In this document: one piece after another, positions 1-9,118 of the stretch
Position numbering within the stretch: the first letter of the stretch is position 1
Layout: every line of letters starts with the position of its first letter
Assembly (NCBI GenBank): GCA_035527845.1
Contig: DATKZT010000083.1
Location: forward strand, 7,304-31,303
Length of the DNA stretch: 24,000 nucleotides
Reading direction: 5' to 3'
From: Sedimentisphaerales bacterium
Lineage (GTDB): Bacteria > Planctomycetota > Phycisphaerae > Sedimentisphaerales > Anaerobacaceae
Made by a program: the position numbers and the translations under genes
The notes under the pieces: generated by a model
The model's database searches: none
Told to the model about the DNA's origin: nothing
The model's input: only the letters and a program-made list of their open reading frames with translations

Positions 1-1062
1 ACCTGTTTGTGCCTGTTGGTTCTGTCGGTTTCATTTGTCCGGACGCCGACAACATTGGCGGTGACCCCGGCTGACGCGGATGAATGGGACTCAGCTCGGC
101 CGATAGAGATCACCATTGATAGCCCCGCCACTAACACGTATCTACCGATCAATGACACACAATCACTGCATGCTTATGTCAGAGACTGCGACGAATATAG
201 GGTAGACGAGCAGTGGTATACCTATTGGGACGAGGTCAGGAGCGGCAATACATCGACTGATTACCATATTTGGTGGGAGGCAACCGAAGGAACCTGGAAC
301 GACATGTATGGCGTGTACGCGACCTACAAAGCTCCTGAGTACGAGTCAGGCAGTTCGATTAGGACTGTTACTATAACGGCACATGCTAACGATATCGACC
401 GCGGCGATGAGACCCCCACGGACGCAGGTTACGAAGAAGATGACGAAACTGATTCGATAACTCTAAAGATCTGGCAGATTGACGTCACCGGCCAAATAAG
501 CGGCACAACGAGTTCCAATTACGACGGCTTTGCTATGCCCACTGCTTATGGTGGTACTGACCTCGGCTGGGTCGAGCACGGTAATCCCACTGGCGCGACC
601 GGTTACTTTGGCAATATCCAACTCAAGGGCAGCAAATCATCTTCCCTGAACATAACGACCGGATTCAGTTGGTACAACTACGTCAAGGGAATAGTCCGGC
701 ATAAGACAACAACTAGTGAGCCTTCATGGGTCACCCCATATGACTTCAACGAGCCTGACTATATATTGGATTTTGGCCCGGCGGGTCCTAACCCTTGTGT
801 GGACAAGGACATGCGGCATCCTGATGGTGGTACTGATGTGAGCGAAATCTTTGCGCTCGACGCCCCAGGCTGGGATACAGGCACCGATAATGACAAGGAT
901 ATCCCGCCGCTGACCTATTATGATTTTTGTGCCGATTACAAGGCTTGGGTGGTATACAGTGGAGTCCCGGTTTCGAATGAGTGCCTCTGGGGGGTCGGAT
1001 TCGAGTTAGACGAAGTTTCCGGGGAGTGGAGCGATGTCTTCCACGCGCTCGACACCGAGTAG
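1..1062 (+). CDS. Hypothetical secreted protein, 5'-partial at window edge
   Basis: Frame 1 is open from base 1 to TAG at 1060-1062. The first residues (LCLLVLSVSFV) look like the h-region of a signal peptide whose start lies upstream of the window. It is Asp/Thr/Gly/Trp-rich like an extracellular beta-rich protein. No family recognised. Confidence 0.55.
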   Translation, partial: TCLCLLVLSVSFVRTPTTLAVTPADADEWDSARPIEITIDSPATNTYLPINDTQSLHAYVRDCDEYRVDEQWYTYWDEVRSGNTSTDYHIWWEATEGTWNDMYGVYATYKAPEYESGSSIRTVTITAHANDIDRGDETPTDAGYEEDDETDSITLKIWQIDVTGQISGTTSSNYDGFAMPTAYGGTDLGWVEHGNPTGATGYFGNIQLKGSKSSSLNITTGFSWYNYVKGIVRHKTTTSEPSWVTPYDFNEPDYILDFGPAGPNPCVDKDMRHPDGGTDVSEIFALDAPGWDTGTDNDKDIPPLTYYDFCADYKAWVVYSGVPVSNECLWGVGFELDEVSGEWSDVFHALDTE

Positions 1063-1249
1063 AGAAGCTCCTTTGCAAAAAGACAGCGCAGACGGTCTAG
1101 TGTATATTGATGCCGCATGTGCTCTTCTCCCGACAACTGAGAACAGATTGACTTGACTCCCGTAGTTTATTGCAGTACAAGAGATTCTAAGGACATCGGA
1201 AGTATTCCCACAGCCAGTGGCTGTTCTATGGTAACAGGAGATTGGATAT

Positions 1250-2632
1250 ATGAAGACCCAGAAAGCTACGATGCAATTCCACGTGCTAATTCTATCGCTA
1301 TGGGTGTTCTTTAACGCGCACCTGCCGACGTCCCTTTGTCAGGATTACTGGTACAAGCCGGCTGAGCCGCCGAAAGGCGCAAGCGCCGAGGAGATCGCCA
1401 ATACCAACCGGTTCAATCAAGAGCTAAGGCTCGCCAAAGAAGCTCCCGACAGAAACTCCAAGGTCGAGCACATGGCCAAGGCGCTTTCTTATGGACCTAA
1501 CCACCCGGACAACATAAAGATTGAATTCGAGATGGCGGTGGCGATGAGCCAGCACTGGGACCCGGAAAATCCTCAGCCGATGCGCCGTGAAGAGGCACTT
1601 GAGATTTACAAGAGAATACTCGCCACCTATAACCACATGGATTACTACAGCCCCGAACCTGTTAACAGGTCAAGCTGTAAGCAGTTCATGGTGCCTGAGT
1701 CGGCCGTTCACTTAGCCTGTCTGTACCGCGGGCTAAGGAGGGATACGCCCAAGGCGCGAGAGACGCTTCACTTTGGGATGGAATGCATGCAAAAAACCTA
1801 CGAGCGCCGCAAGAGCGACTGGGCGAACGCGCAGCCGCCCCGCGAGCCAAAACCCAATGATCGCTTCGGGGGGCCCTTCAAGAGGGCCAAATGGGAAAGC
1901 CGGATGGCGCACTGGCAGAAACGAAAAAAGGCGGCCGAAGCGGGCGACGTTTTCAGCAAACTGGAGATGGAGACAGCGAAAGCAGCGGTCAGACAGTACG
2001 GGTACACCTTCGGCCAACGACAGAAGGGCATGCAGGTCGCCCTTGCAATGGGAGAAATTATTCGCGACTTCCCGGATACGCCCATGGCGAAAATAGCGGC
2101 AGGCCACATTGAACGAGCCAAGGAAATGTCCATTAGCGAAGCCGAAGAAGAATTCATGTCACTGGAGGACCTTTATGAACGCCCGAGCACGCAGCCGAAA
2201 CCAGCGCCCAAATCCGTCTTCATTCCTGATGTCCGCAGCGCCCTGAAAGACGGTACACCCTTCGTCTTTGCCCTTGCCCCCGGAGAACGGATAAATTGTC
2301 ACCAAAACCTCGACTGCCAGGAAGCCTACAAGATGCTTATGGAGTTGGGTAAGGGCGATATTGCCTGGAACGGCTCCCTCCTGACGGTGCGCAAAGCCAA
2401 GGCCTTGACGCCAGCGCAGGAGTCGCACCGGCCGTTGAAGTGCACGCCCGGACGGTGGTGCAATTGGGATACGCTGCCGGAAAAAGTCGAGCTGCCCTAT
2501 TCGCTCCTCGTGGTGACAAATGAGGATGCTGATTATTTCGTTCAGATTGTCAAAATTGAGCCAGAGGGCATAACCATAACATACAGGAAGCTCCGTTCCG
2601 GGCAGGTGGAAGGCTATCTGCCGACGCCGTGA
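1250..2632 (+). CDS. Hypothetical secreted protein (N-terminal signal peptide)
   Basis: ATG at 1250 is preceded by AGGAG at 1236-1240. The N-terminus MKTQKATMQFHVLILSLWVFFNAHLPTSLC is signal-peptide-like. 460-aa ORF with ordinary amino-acid composition. No family recognised. Confidence 0.6.
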   Translation: MKTQKATMQFHVLILSLWVFFNAHLPTSLCQDYWYKPAEPPKGASAEEIANTNRFNQELRLAKEAPDRNSKVEHMAKALSYGPNHPDNIKIEFEMAVAMSQHWDPENPQPMRREEALEIYKRILATYNHMDYYSPEPVNRSSCKQFMVPESAVHLACLYRGLRRDTPKARETLHFGMECMQKTYERRKSDWANAQPPREPKPNDRFGGPFKRAKWESRMAHWQKRKKAAEAGDVFSKLEMETAKAAVRQYGYTFGQRQKGMQVALAMGEIIRDFPDTPMAKIAAGHIERAKEMSISEAEEEFMSLEDLYERPSTQPKPAPKSVFIPDVRSALKDGTPFVFALAPGERINCHQNLDCQEAYKMLMELGKGDIAWNGSLLTVRKAKALTPAQESHRPLKCTPGRWCNWDTLPEKVELPYSLLVVTNEDADYFVQIVKIEPEGITITYRKLRSGQVEGYLPTP

Positions 2633-2705
2633 ACAAGCGCCGACTGATAGTGTAGTATTGGAGGCACAGTCTTATGACTGGTAGGCGTACCGGTACCGCC
2701 CGCCC

Positions 2706-3860
2706 TCACGCGGCCTTCGTGAGAATTTCGATCAACTCGTCCGCCGTAAGGGCAATGGGGTTCCCCTTCATGCTGCTGGCCTTTTGCGCCTTGGCGACAG
2801 CAGCGGGAAAATCCTGCTGCTTCAATCCGAAGTCAGCAAGAGCAGGCACCTTCAGCACTTCACAGAGGCCTTGTACCCAGGCGACGCCGTCGGACGCGTT
2901 GGCGGTCGCAACGCCGGTTAGAATCTGTGCGACCTGGTCGTAACGTGCCAGTGCCGGCGAGTCAGGTGCGCGGGCCTGGAGTGCCAGGACGTTTGTCTCC
3001 ATGACGTGGGGCAGCAGACGCGCACAGATGACGCCGTGCGGCGCGTGAATCATCCCGCCCAAAGGACCGGCAAATCCGTGCACCGCGCCAAGCCCCGCGT
3101 TCGCCAGCGCCAATCCGCCGAACAAGCTGGCCAGTGACATATCCTCGCGCGCCGACGCGTCCCCGCCATTTTCGTATGCCCTGCGCAGAGAGCGGGCCGC
3201 GCGCGTGAGACCTTCCCGGCAGATGCCGTCCGTCAGTGGGTTGGCTTTGTTCGAAACATACGGCTCCATTACCTGTGTCAGGGCGTCGAGGCCGGTGCTC
3301 GCCGTCACCGCAGGCGGCATCGAATAAGTCAATACCGGGTCAACCACGGCCACGCGGGGCAGCATGAGGGGGCTTCGCATACTGACCTTGACGCGGTGTT
3401 CCGGCACGGCCAGCACCGCATTGCGGGTGACTTCCGCCCCGGTGCCTGCGGTGGTTGGAACGGCAATGTACGGTACAGGCGGTTCGGTGAGCGGCCGGCC
3501 CTTACCCACGACTTCAAGGTAGTCCTCCAGCTCTCCTTTATTGGTGAGCATTGCCGCAATTGCCTTGCCGGTATCGACCACACTGCCGCCGCCGATACCG
3601 ATGACAAGATTGCACCGGGCCCGCCTTGCCTGCTCTGCGCCGCTCCTGATAAGGTCGGTGGTTGGCTCGCAATCGACCTCGAAGGTCAGACATTCGAGAC
3701 CCTGCTGATTTAATTGTTCGATAATGGCTCCGGCGCCTTCGACTCTCGTGTCGGTGACAACCAGAGCGCGGGTACCCATCTTGGCTGCCAGGGGCGCAAT
3801 CTGCTGGGCGGCGCCGCTGCCGAATATGATTCGTCCGGCCGTTGCAAATTCGAAATTCAT
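2706..3860 (-). CDS. Iron-containing (group III) alcohol dehydrogenase family protein
   Basis: 384 aa. Has GIGGGSVVDTGKAIA (the Fe-ADH nucleotide-binding glycine motif), downstream His-rich metal-site segments (AVHGFAGPLGG, HGVICARLLPHV) and the typical N-terminus FEF..AGRIIFG.GA. AAGGAG SD lies 7 nt upstream of the ATG. Confidence 0.9.
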   Translation of the reverse strand: MNFEFATAGRIIFGSGAAQQIAPLAAKMGTRALVVTDTRVEGAGAIIEQLNQQGLECLTFEVDCEPTTDLIRSGAEQARRARCNLVIGIGGGSVVDTGKAIAAMLTNKGELEDYLEVVGKGRPLTEPPVPYIAVPTTAGTGAEVTRNAVLAVPEHRVKVSMRSPLMLPRVAVVDPVLTYSMPPAVTASTGLDALTQVMEPYVSNKANPLTDGICREGLTRAARSLRRAYENGGDASAREDMSLASLFGGLALANAGLGAVHGFAGPLGGMIHAPHGVICARLLPHVMETNVLALQARAPDSPALARYDQVAQILTGVATANASDGVAWVQGLCEVLKVPALADFGLKQQDFPAAVAKAQKASSMKGNPIALTADELIEILTKAA

Positions 3861-3942
3861 CGCTGCTCTCCTTAACTGACAGGCTCTAATTCTGCAACGC
3901 TATTTCATACGGGCTTTTCATAGAGCCAAACATCTAAAGTGT

Positions 3943-4107
3943 CAAATCCGAAATCCCTCGCAGTACGCCTCGCGTCGGAAACGATATCAAAATTCAATAT
4001 CCGCCTGACCAAAAGGACTGTCGCCGCCGACACGGCGTCGTCGTTTTGGATTTTGAATTTCCGTCATTTGAATTTGTTTAGGATTTCGATATTCGAATTT
4101 CGGATTT
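3943..4107. repeat. AT-rich imperfect inverted-repeat element in the ABM-ADH intergenic region
   Basis: AAATCCGAAAT (3944-3954) has a perfect reverse complement ATTTCGGATTT at 4097-4107. Further GGAT(A/T)TTGAA(T)TT-like copies occur in both orientations (3974-4000 reverse; 4048-4063 and 4081-4107 forward). They flank a GC-rich centre. Confidence 0.55.
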
Positions 4108-4182
4108 AACCGCTCTTATTATAAAGCGGCATAAACTCTTTTGAAGCGTGAAGTATCGTAGTGGTACCAATACAATCCACCT

Positions 4183-4491
4183 TTAGCCCCATCCGGCATC
4201 GTCCGGGAAAATGTTGGCACACTTGACGCTTCTTCGCCGCTCGGCCATCATCTCTGCCACAGCGTCGCGCCATTTCTGATAATGGGCCGTCTCCTTGTGC
4301 CGCGCCGGGTCGTCTGCGGTTCGGTAGACCTCGACCAGCACAAATCGCGTCGGGTCATCCTGCTGCTGAACAATATCGAATCTCGCCACGCCCGGCTCAC
4401 CCAGACTCGCACGCGAGTTCTCAATTGTCGCGGTCTTAAACGCCTCGACATCATCCGCCTTGACGTGTACGAAAACATAAACAACAAGCAT
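4183..4491 (-). CDS. Antibiotic-biosynthesis-monooxygenase (ABM) domain protein, YgiN-like
   Basis: The 102-aa product [19 protein letters not shown]...[28 protein letters not shown] matches the ABM ferredoxin-like pattern. I chose the ATG at 4489-4491 because a perfect AAGGAGG lies just upstream. The longer 145-aa ORF extension looks non-coding. Confidence 0.8.
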   Translation of the reverse strand: MLVVYVFVHVKADDVEAFKTATIENSRASLGEPGVARFDIVQQQDDPTRFVLVEVYRTADDPARHKETAHYQKWRDAVAEMMAERRRSVKCANIFPDDAGWG

Positions 4492-4761
4492 AACGTCCTC
4501 CTTACAGCATCTTGAATCCGGGGTGAATTCTATCAAAGGCGCAATGGACAGACAAGCCATATTTGCCCCGCCGCAGGCAGAGCACGCAGCAGGATTACCG
4601 GCGAGAGAACCAAAACGCATTTACTTTTTCGGGTAAGGAGCACAGGACACAATCGTGTGATGAGGCGGGCTCACATTTTTCCAAGGTCTATAACGATTCG
4701 GCTTGGAGAAACTCAACGATCAGTCGGTTTGAGTTAATCGGGTCTTGCCGACAGGTCATAT

Positions 4762-7700
4762 TCATGGGGAAATTGTAACTAATTTGGTCTCTTGCCTGTT
4801 GAGTTTTACCGTTACCGTTCCCTCAAGTAAAGGAGGGCCGGCATTGAATGAAAGACTGCCTTTCCTGTCCTGATATAAGCGGTATTCTATATTGTACGTT
4901 CCTTCGTGCAGTTTTAGGTCGGGTTGACGCCCTATGGAAATCTTTTCCGGACCCAGCCGAACCGTATGTTCGGCGTTTTCACCATACAATGTAAGCATTG
5001 GTACAGGTTCCCGGGTCTCTGCATCAGTCACTCGGCAACGCAGATAAACGTATTCACCCGTAATCCGTTCTTTGACTACAGAATCAAGTTCGAACCTGAC
5101 GACTGCGGCCGGTTCCAAAGATAAGGTTACAGATGTAATCTCACCGCCGTGAACCTTGACTGATTCAGATTCACCTGGTAAAAAGCCGGGTGTTTCAGCC
5201 CAAACAACGTAATTGCCGTCAGGCAGAGTAGAATATTCTGCCTGCCCGTTCCCATCAGTAGTCATGCCATATCGACTGCCTTCCGGCGCCAACTTTTTGC
5301 TACAAAACATAGCCTCCAAATCGTTTCGTATGTAAAAAACGCAGTCCGGGATGCCCTGTGAAGTGTCTGCATCAATCACATTTATCTGAAGCGTCCCATT
5401 CCCAGTATTGAATGCCACATTATCTATATGCTCCGATTCGCCCAGCTCAAACTCATCCGTAATACCCAAAGTGTCTCCATCACTTGATGACAATAACAGG
5501 TAGTGTCGCCCAGCCCGTAAGTTTGCACACCTGAATGTGCCATCCGAATCAACCCTTGCACTGGCTACATATTCCCATCTTTGCAGAAAAATGCCATCCT
5601 GAGATTCTTTCGGCGCCCAGCGCCGCGCTGTTACTATCTTCATTTGCTCGTTTTGCATAAGCTGAACCGGGATTTTTCCACTGACTGAACTGTCGCCAAG
5701 TGTGATCTCCAACTCAGTATTGCCCTCAACCGCGACCCTTCTCGTATCGTAAATCCATTGTCCGGGTTCCCGTTGGAACGTCTTCTGATTAGAGCCTGAA
5801 TCGTAGCTTGTAGAAATCGTATGCGTTCCCTTAGGTATTCCGGAAATCTGGAATCGCCCCTCACTGTCCGTATGACCCCATTTCATGGAATTATCAGGTA
5901 AATGTATTTCAACGTTTGCCTTTTCAAGCAGAGTTTGTCCCATTCTGACCGTACCCGTTAATCTAAAACCGACTTCATCGCCAAAATTCAACTCGACTGA
6001 CCGGCCCTGCTCAAGTTTAATCTCCTTATGTGCAAGATTCAGGTTTCCATTTTCAGTTGAAGAGTTCACATTGACGGAAATGTCCCCTGCCGGTAAATCA
6101 AAAAGGTCATAATAACCTTCCATGTCGGTGTAAGTATTCTTGCCGAGATTAGGCCACGGCGGGCGTACCAGCTTCCGCAGCTGCTCCGAAAATGCATGAG
6201 CACTGACTCCGGCACCAGCAATACCCCGGCCATTGGCATCAATTACCCTGCCAAAGACTTCAAGGCCGGACTGTAAAGTAATCTCTGCCATGCCCTCAGA
6301 GTTTTTGGACAAATCGAGGCTGGACCCAAGATATGGTGCAAAGGTTTCAGCCGTGATATAGATACATCGCTCTTGTGAGCCTACGCCGGAAAGAAGGAAT
6401 TCTCCTTTATGGTTAGTGACTGTAGTATCCCGATCATCCCAATGTTCAAAATCGCTGTCGTTTGACAGAATACGAATTCTCGCACCGGCAATTGGGGTGC
6501 TGTTGCAGTCAACAACTCTGCCCGCAATAGCAGTAGCAGGTTTGAGTCTGAATTCTGTTCGATTCGGGTCGTTGCTGGTTGGCCGTACAATAACCGGATC
6601 AATCGTTAACGGATCAAAGCCATTTGCGTAAACTGTCATCGAGTACTCGGCGCCGACTGGAATATTTTCTCTGCCCGTGTCAAAAAAACCCTCTGTCGAA
6701 TCAAAATTATGTCCTTCTCTGTTCCATGTCGCCGCATATCCCCCACCTGGCTTCGTGCCGTTTTTGCTGAAGGAAAGCTTGACGTTGAATCTCCTGATTG
6801 GTTCATCGGTCCGGTCATTTGCAACTCTTCCATATATCTTGCCGGCTCTATCGATTTCGATTATGCATTCCTCTTCCTGACCAATCTCAAGTTCGCGCAT
6901 CAGATTGGGTACAAAGTCTGCAAATACCTCGATAATTACCTTACCATCAGGTGGAGCACTGCGCAGCGTGAACTTGCCTTCAGAGTCAGAGGTTACTCTA
7001 TCTCGCCAGTCAGTCAGGCTGCTCAGCCCTTTGTATTTGCGAATGTTCACAGTTACGCCAGGGACGGGATTTCCCTGTTTATCAACTATTTTGCCATGCA
7101 ACGGCACAGGATTAGCCAAGCGGATATTTATTAATTTCTTAGATGGTTTATTATCATCCAGAGAAAACCGCTCTACGTACGGAGCATATTTATTGCTAAT
7201 AGCCCAGAGAACGAGTTCGCCGGTATCAACATTCTTTAACTCATACCTGCCCTCGTTATCGGTCTTCGTTTCTATACAGTTCCACATACGACGAGACGCT
7301 GTATTGCCGACATCGACATTAACAACAGGGTTTCCTTCTGCGTTGGTAACCTGACCATAGACTGTAACTCCAGGTTTTAGAACAATATCTTTCCATGCTG
7401 TCTCACCGGCATTAGCCGGTGAAAAATTGGTGGCGAGTGCGGGATAGTTTGGATGTGTCACCTGTAATTGATAACTGCCCCAACCAGGGTCTAAACCATC
7501 AATTTCAAATGTGCCATTTGCATCGGTAATCACAGGATGATTAGTGAACTGAAAAGTTCCTACGGTCGCCCCCTTCACCGGCCTGTCGTTCTGATCATAT
7601 ATGATACCTGCAACCTTTGAACCATGCGTAAGTTCGACCTTGTAGTTTTCATAAACCTTATCTTTGACTATGTCCAGTGTTATTCGGCGCGATGTGAAAC

Positions 7701-8925
7701 CTTTTGCAATAATATAGAAACACTGTTGATCCCGTGCCTCCATATCCAGAAACTCAAAGTGCCCGTTTGCATCAGTAAGAAAAGAAGCTTCCGGCTTCTT
7801 TCTTTGCCCATAAAACACTTCTGCACGTCTGATTGGCCTGGAACTCGACTTATTGACAACAATACCGGAGATACCTGTTTGAGGTTTTTGAGGTTTGTCT
7901 GAATGCTCACCAATACTCTCGCCTGTTCTGTGTTCCGGTGACAAAGAGCCAATATTCTTACCTGAAACGATTTCATGACGCTCATTTGCGCCCGTATCGG
8001 TCGCTGCATCGGCAAAAGATTCCTCAGCTTCACTTTGCCGCACCTCGTCGAGACTGTGTTCTTCTCGTTGTCCCCGGGCAATTATTCCTGTTTGGGAGAA
8101 TTCCGGTCCGGGGCTGGGCTTGGTAACATGCCTGTAAGTGACCACTGCCCCGACCCCTATAGCTACTGCCGCAGCCGCTGCAATTATCTTGGCGGTTACC
8201 CCGCTCATCACGGATGCAGCTGTTGCAGCACCCCCGCCTCCAGACGCAGTCGCCGCAATACCGGCAGCCGTGGAAACGCCGGAACCTTCTATAGCCAGTC
8301 CGGCAAGAGAAGCAATAACAGTTGCAGTGAACGCCTTGCCTGGTCCGGTATGGCTGATCGTTGCCTCGACCATTGTCGCGACCTGATCTTTCAGCATCTT
8401 GCGCCCGCGTGAAACCCGCGTTTTTGCCGCTTCGACGGATAACCCGAGCAGTTCTGCAACATGGCTCATTGAATGTTCCTGGCGATAGAAAAGGACAAGC
8501 GGCTCACGATATTTTTCGGGAATCCGGTCCAATGCCTGACGTATCACAGCGTGTTGCTCCTTATCGATAATTATTTCAATGGGTCTGAACTCCTCAGAAG
8601 AAATGTCCTCCATTCTGTCTATCGGCCTGGCCTGACTTACAATGTCACGCTGCTTATGTCTGAAGTAGTCCCGGATAACATTGTGCGTAATACTATACAA
8701 CCAGACCCGGAATTTTGTTAAATCCTCGAGTTGGGAAAGATTCACCCAGGCTTTTATAAAAGCCTCATGCGCCAGTTCTTCACTTTGCTCTAAATCTTCG
8801 GTGGCGCTGAAAGTTATTGCGCAAGCCAAAGACTGATATTTCTTGACGATAGCCTCGAAGGCAGTGGCGCTGCCTTTAACGGACGCCCGCAACAATTCAA
8901 CCTCGCTGGATGTGTTTTCCAACAT
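4762..8925 (-). CDS. ECF sigma-70 factor fused to a TM segment and a ~1000-aa extracytoplasmic array of CarboxypepD_reg-like (Ig-like beta-sandwich) repeats
   Basis: N-terminal region 2 (ELAHEAFIKAWVNL...FRVWLYSITHNVIRDYFRHKQR) and region 4 (IPEKYREPLVLFYRQEHSMSHVAELLGLSVEAAKTRVSRGRKML). An Ala/Gly-rich hydrophobic stretch follows (VTAKIIAAAAAVAIGVGAVVTY). After that come at least 9 repeats of the pattern (I/V)xG(R/I/Q)VxDxxGxP(V/I)xGAxV...TDxxGxFxLxxLPxG. Start set at the ATG at 8923-8925 (MLENTSS); the upstream 52 codons of the ORF look non-coding. Confidence 0.8.
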   Translation of the reverse strand: MLENTSSEVELLRASVKGSATAFEAIVKKYQSLACAITFSATEDLEQSEELAHEAFIKAWVNLSQLEDLTKFRVWLYSITHNVIRDYFRHKQRDIVSQARPIDRMEDISSEEFRPIEIIIDKEQHAVIRQALDRIPEKYREPLVLFYRQEHSMSHVAELLGLSVEAAKTRVSRGRKMLKDQVATMVEATISHTGPGKAFTATVIASLAGLAIEGSGVSTAAGIAATASGGGGAATAASVMSGVTAKIIAAAAAVAIGVGAVVTYRHVTKPSPGPEFSQTGIIARGQREEHSLDEVRQSEAEESFADAATDTGANERHEIVSGKNIGSLSPEHRTGESIGEHSDKPQKPQTGISGIVVNKSSSRPIRRAEVFYGQRKKPEASFLTDANGHFEFLDMEARDQQCFYIIAKGFTSRRITLDIVKDKVYENYKVELTHGSKVAGIIYDQNDRPVKGATVGTFQFTNHPVITDANGTFEIDGLDPGWGSYQLQVTHPNYPALATNFSPANAGETAWKDIVLKPGVTVYGQVTNAEGNPVVNVDVGNTASRRMWNCIETKTDNEGRYELKNVDTGELVLWAISNKYAPYVERFSLDDNKPSKKLINIRLANPVPLHGKIVDKQGNPVPGVTVNIRKYKGLSSLTDWRDRVTSDSEGKFTLRSAPPDGKVIIEVFADFVPNLMRELEIGQEEECIIEIDRAGKIYGRVANDRTDEPIRRFNVKLSFSKNGTKPGGGYAATWNREGHNFDSTEGFFDTGRENIPVGAEYSMTVYANGFDPLTIDPVIVRPTSNDPNRTEFRLKPATAIAGRVVDCNSTPIAGARIRILSNDSDFEHWDDRDTTVTNHKGEFLLSGVGSQERCIYITAETFAPYLGSSLDLSKNSEGMAEITLQSGLEVFGRVIDANGRGIAGAGVSAHAFSEQLRKLVRPPWPNLGKNTYTDMEGYYDLFDLPAGDISVNVNSSTENGNLNLAHKEIKLEQGRSVELNFGDEVGFRLTGTVRMGQTLLEKANVEIHLPDNSMKWGHTDSEGRFQISGIPKGTHTISTSYDSGSNQKTFQREPGQWIYDTRRVAVEGNTELEITLGDSSVSGKIPVQLMQNEQMKIVTARRWAPKESQDGIFLQRWEYVASARVDSDGTFRCANLRAGRHYLLLSSSDGDTLGITDEFELGESEHIDNVAFNTGNGTLQINVIDADTSQGIPDCVFYIRNDLEAMFCSKKLAPEGSRYGMTTDGNGQAEYSTLPDGNYVVWAETPGFLPGESESVKVHGGEITSVTLSLEPAAVVRFELDSVVKERITGEYVYLRCRVTDAETREPVPMLTLYGENAEHTVRLGPEKISIGRQPDLKLHEGTYNIEYRLYQDRKGSLSFNAGPPLLEGTVTVKLNRQETKLVTISP

Positions 8926-9006
8926 AATTGGGTCCTTCAGAAAGCGTATGTTAGCCTGCCGAGACAATAGACGCCAGAGGTAATAAAAGGTGACAAAAAT
9001 TCCGGT

Positions 9007-9051
9007 GAAAAATTGCGAAATGCCCGGATTACTTCCGAAAAATTGCGATTT
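9007..9051. promoter_or_regulatory. Pair of 12-nt direct repeats (GAAAAATTGCGA) spaced exactly 30 bp, upstream of the sigma-fusion gene
   Basis: GAAAAATTGCGAAAT at 9007-9021 and GAAAAATTGCGATTT at 9037-9051. They lie in the 193-bp gap between the coiled-coil gene stop (9119) and the sigma start (8925). A candidate regulator-binding site; function unknown. Confidence 0.3.
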
Positions 9052-9118
9052 GGTCAATTCTCGAAAAGGCGGGATAAGCAAAAACGCGAGCCGTGATGGG
9101 TGCTGCTGCGTTTGGCCG

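Noticed and set aside
4492-4620. An N-terminal 43-codon extension of the ABM ORF.
   Set aside because: The internal ATG at 4491 has a perfect AAGGAGG SD, and the ABM fold begins right there. The extension ([18 protein letters not shown]...) looks like translated intergenic sequence.
6709-7354. Plus-strand ORFs of 141 and 149 aa, and several 60-130-aa ORFs between 4900 and 8700.
   Set aside because: All lie antisense to or out of frame with the long, repeat-structured sigma-fusion CDS, and none has a start context.
8926-9081. An N-terminal 52-codon extension of the sigma-fusion ORF.
   Set aside because: The extension overlaps the phased-repeat intergenic region and has odd composition (FFGSNPGISQFFTGIF). 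ECF region 2 starts shortly after the MLENTSS methionine.
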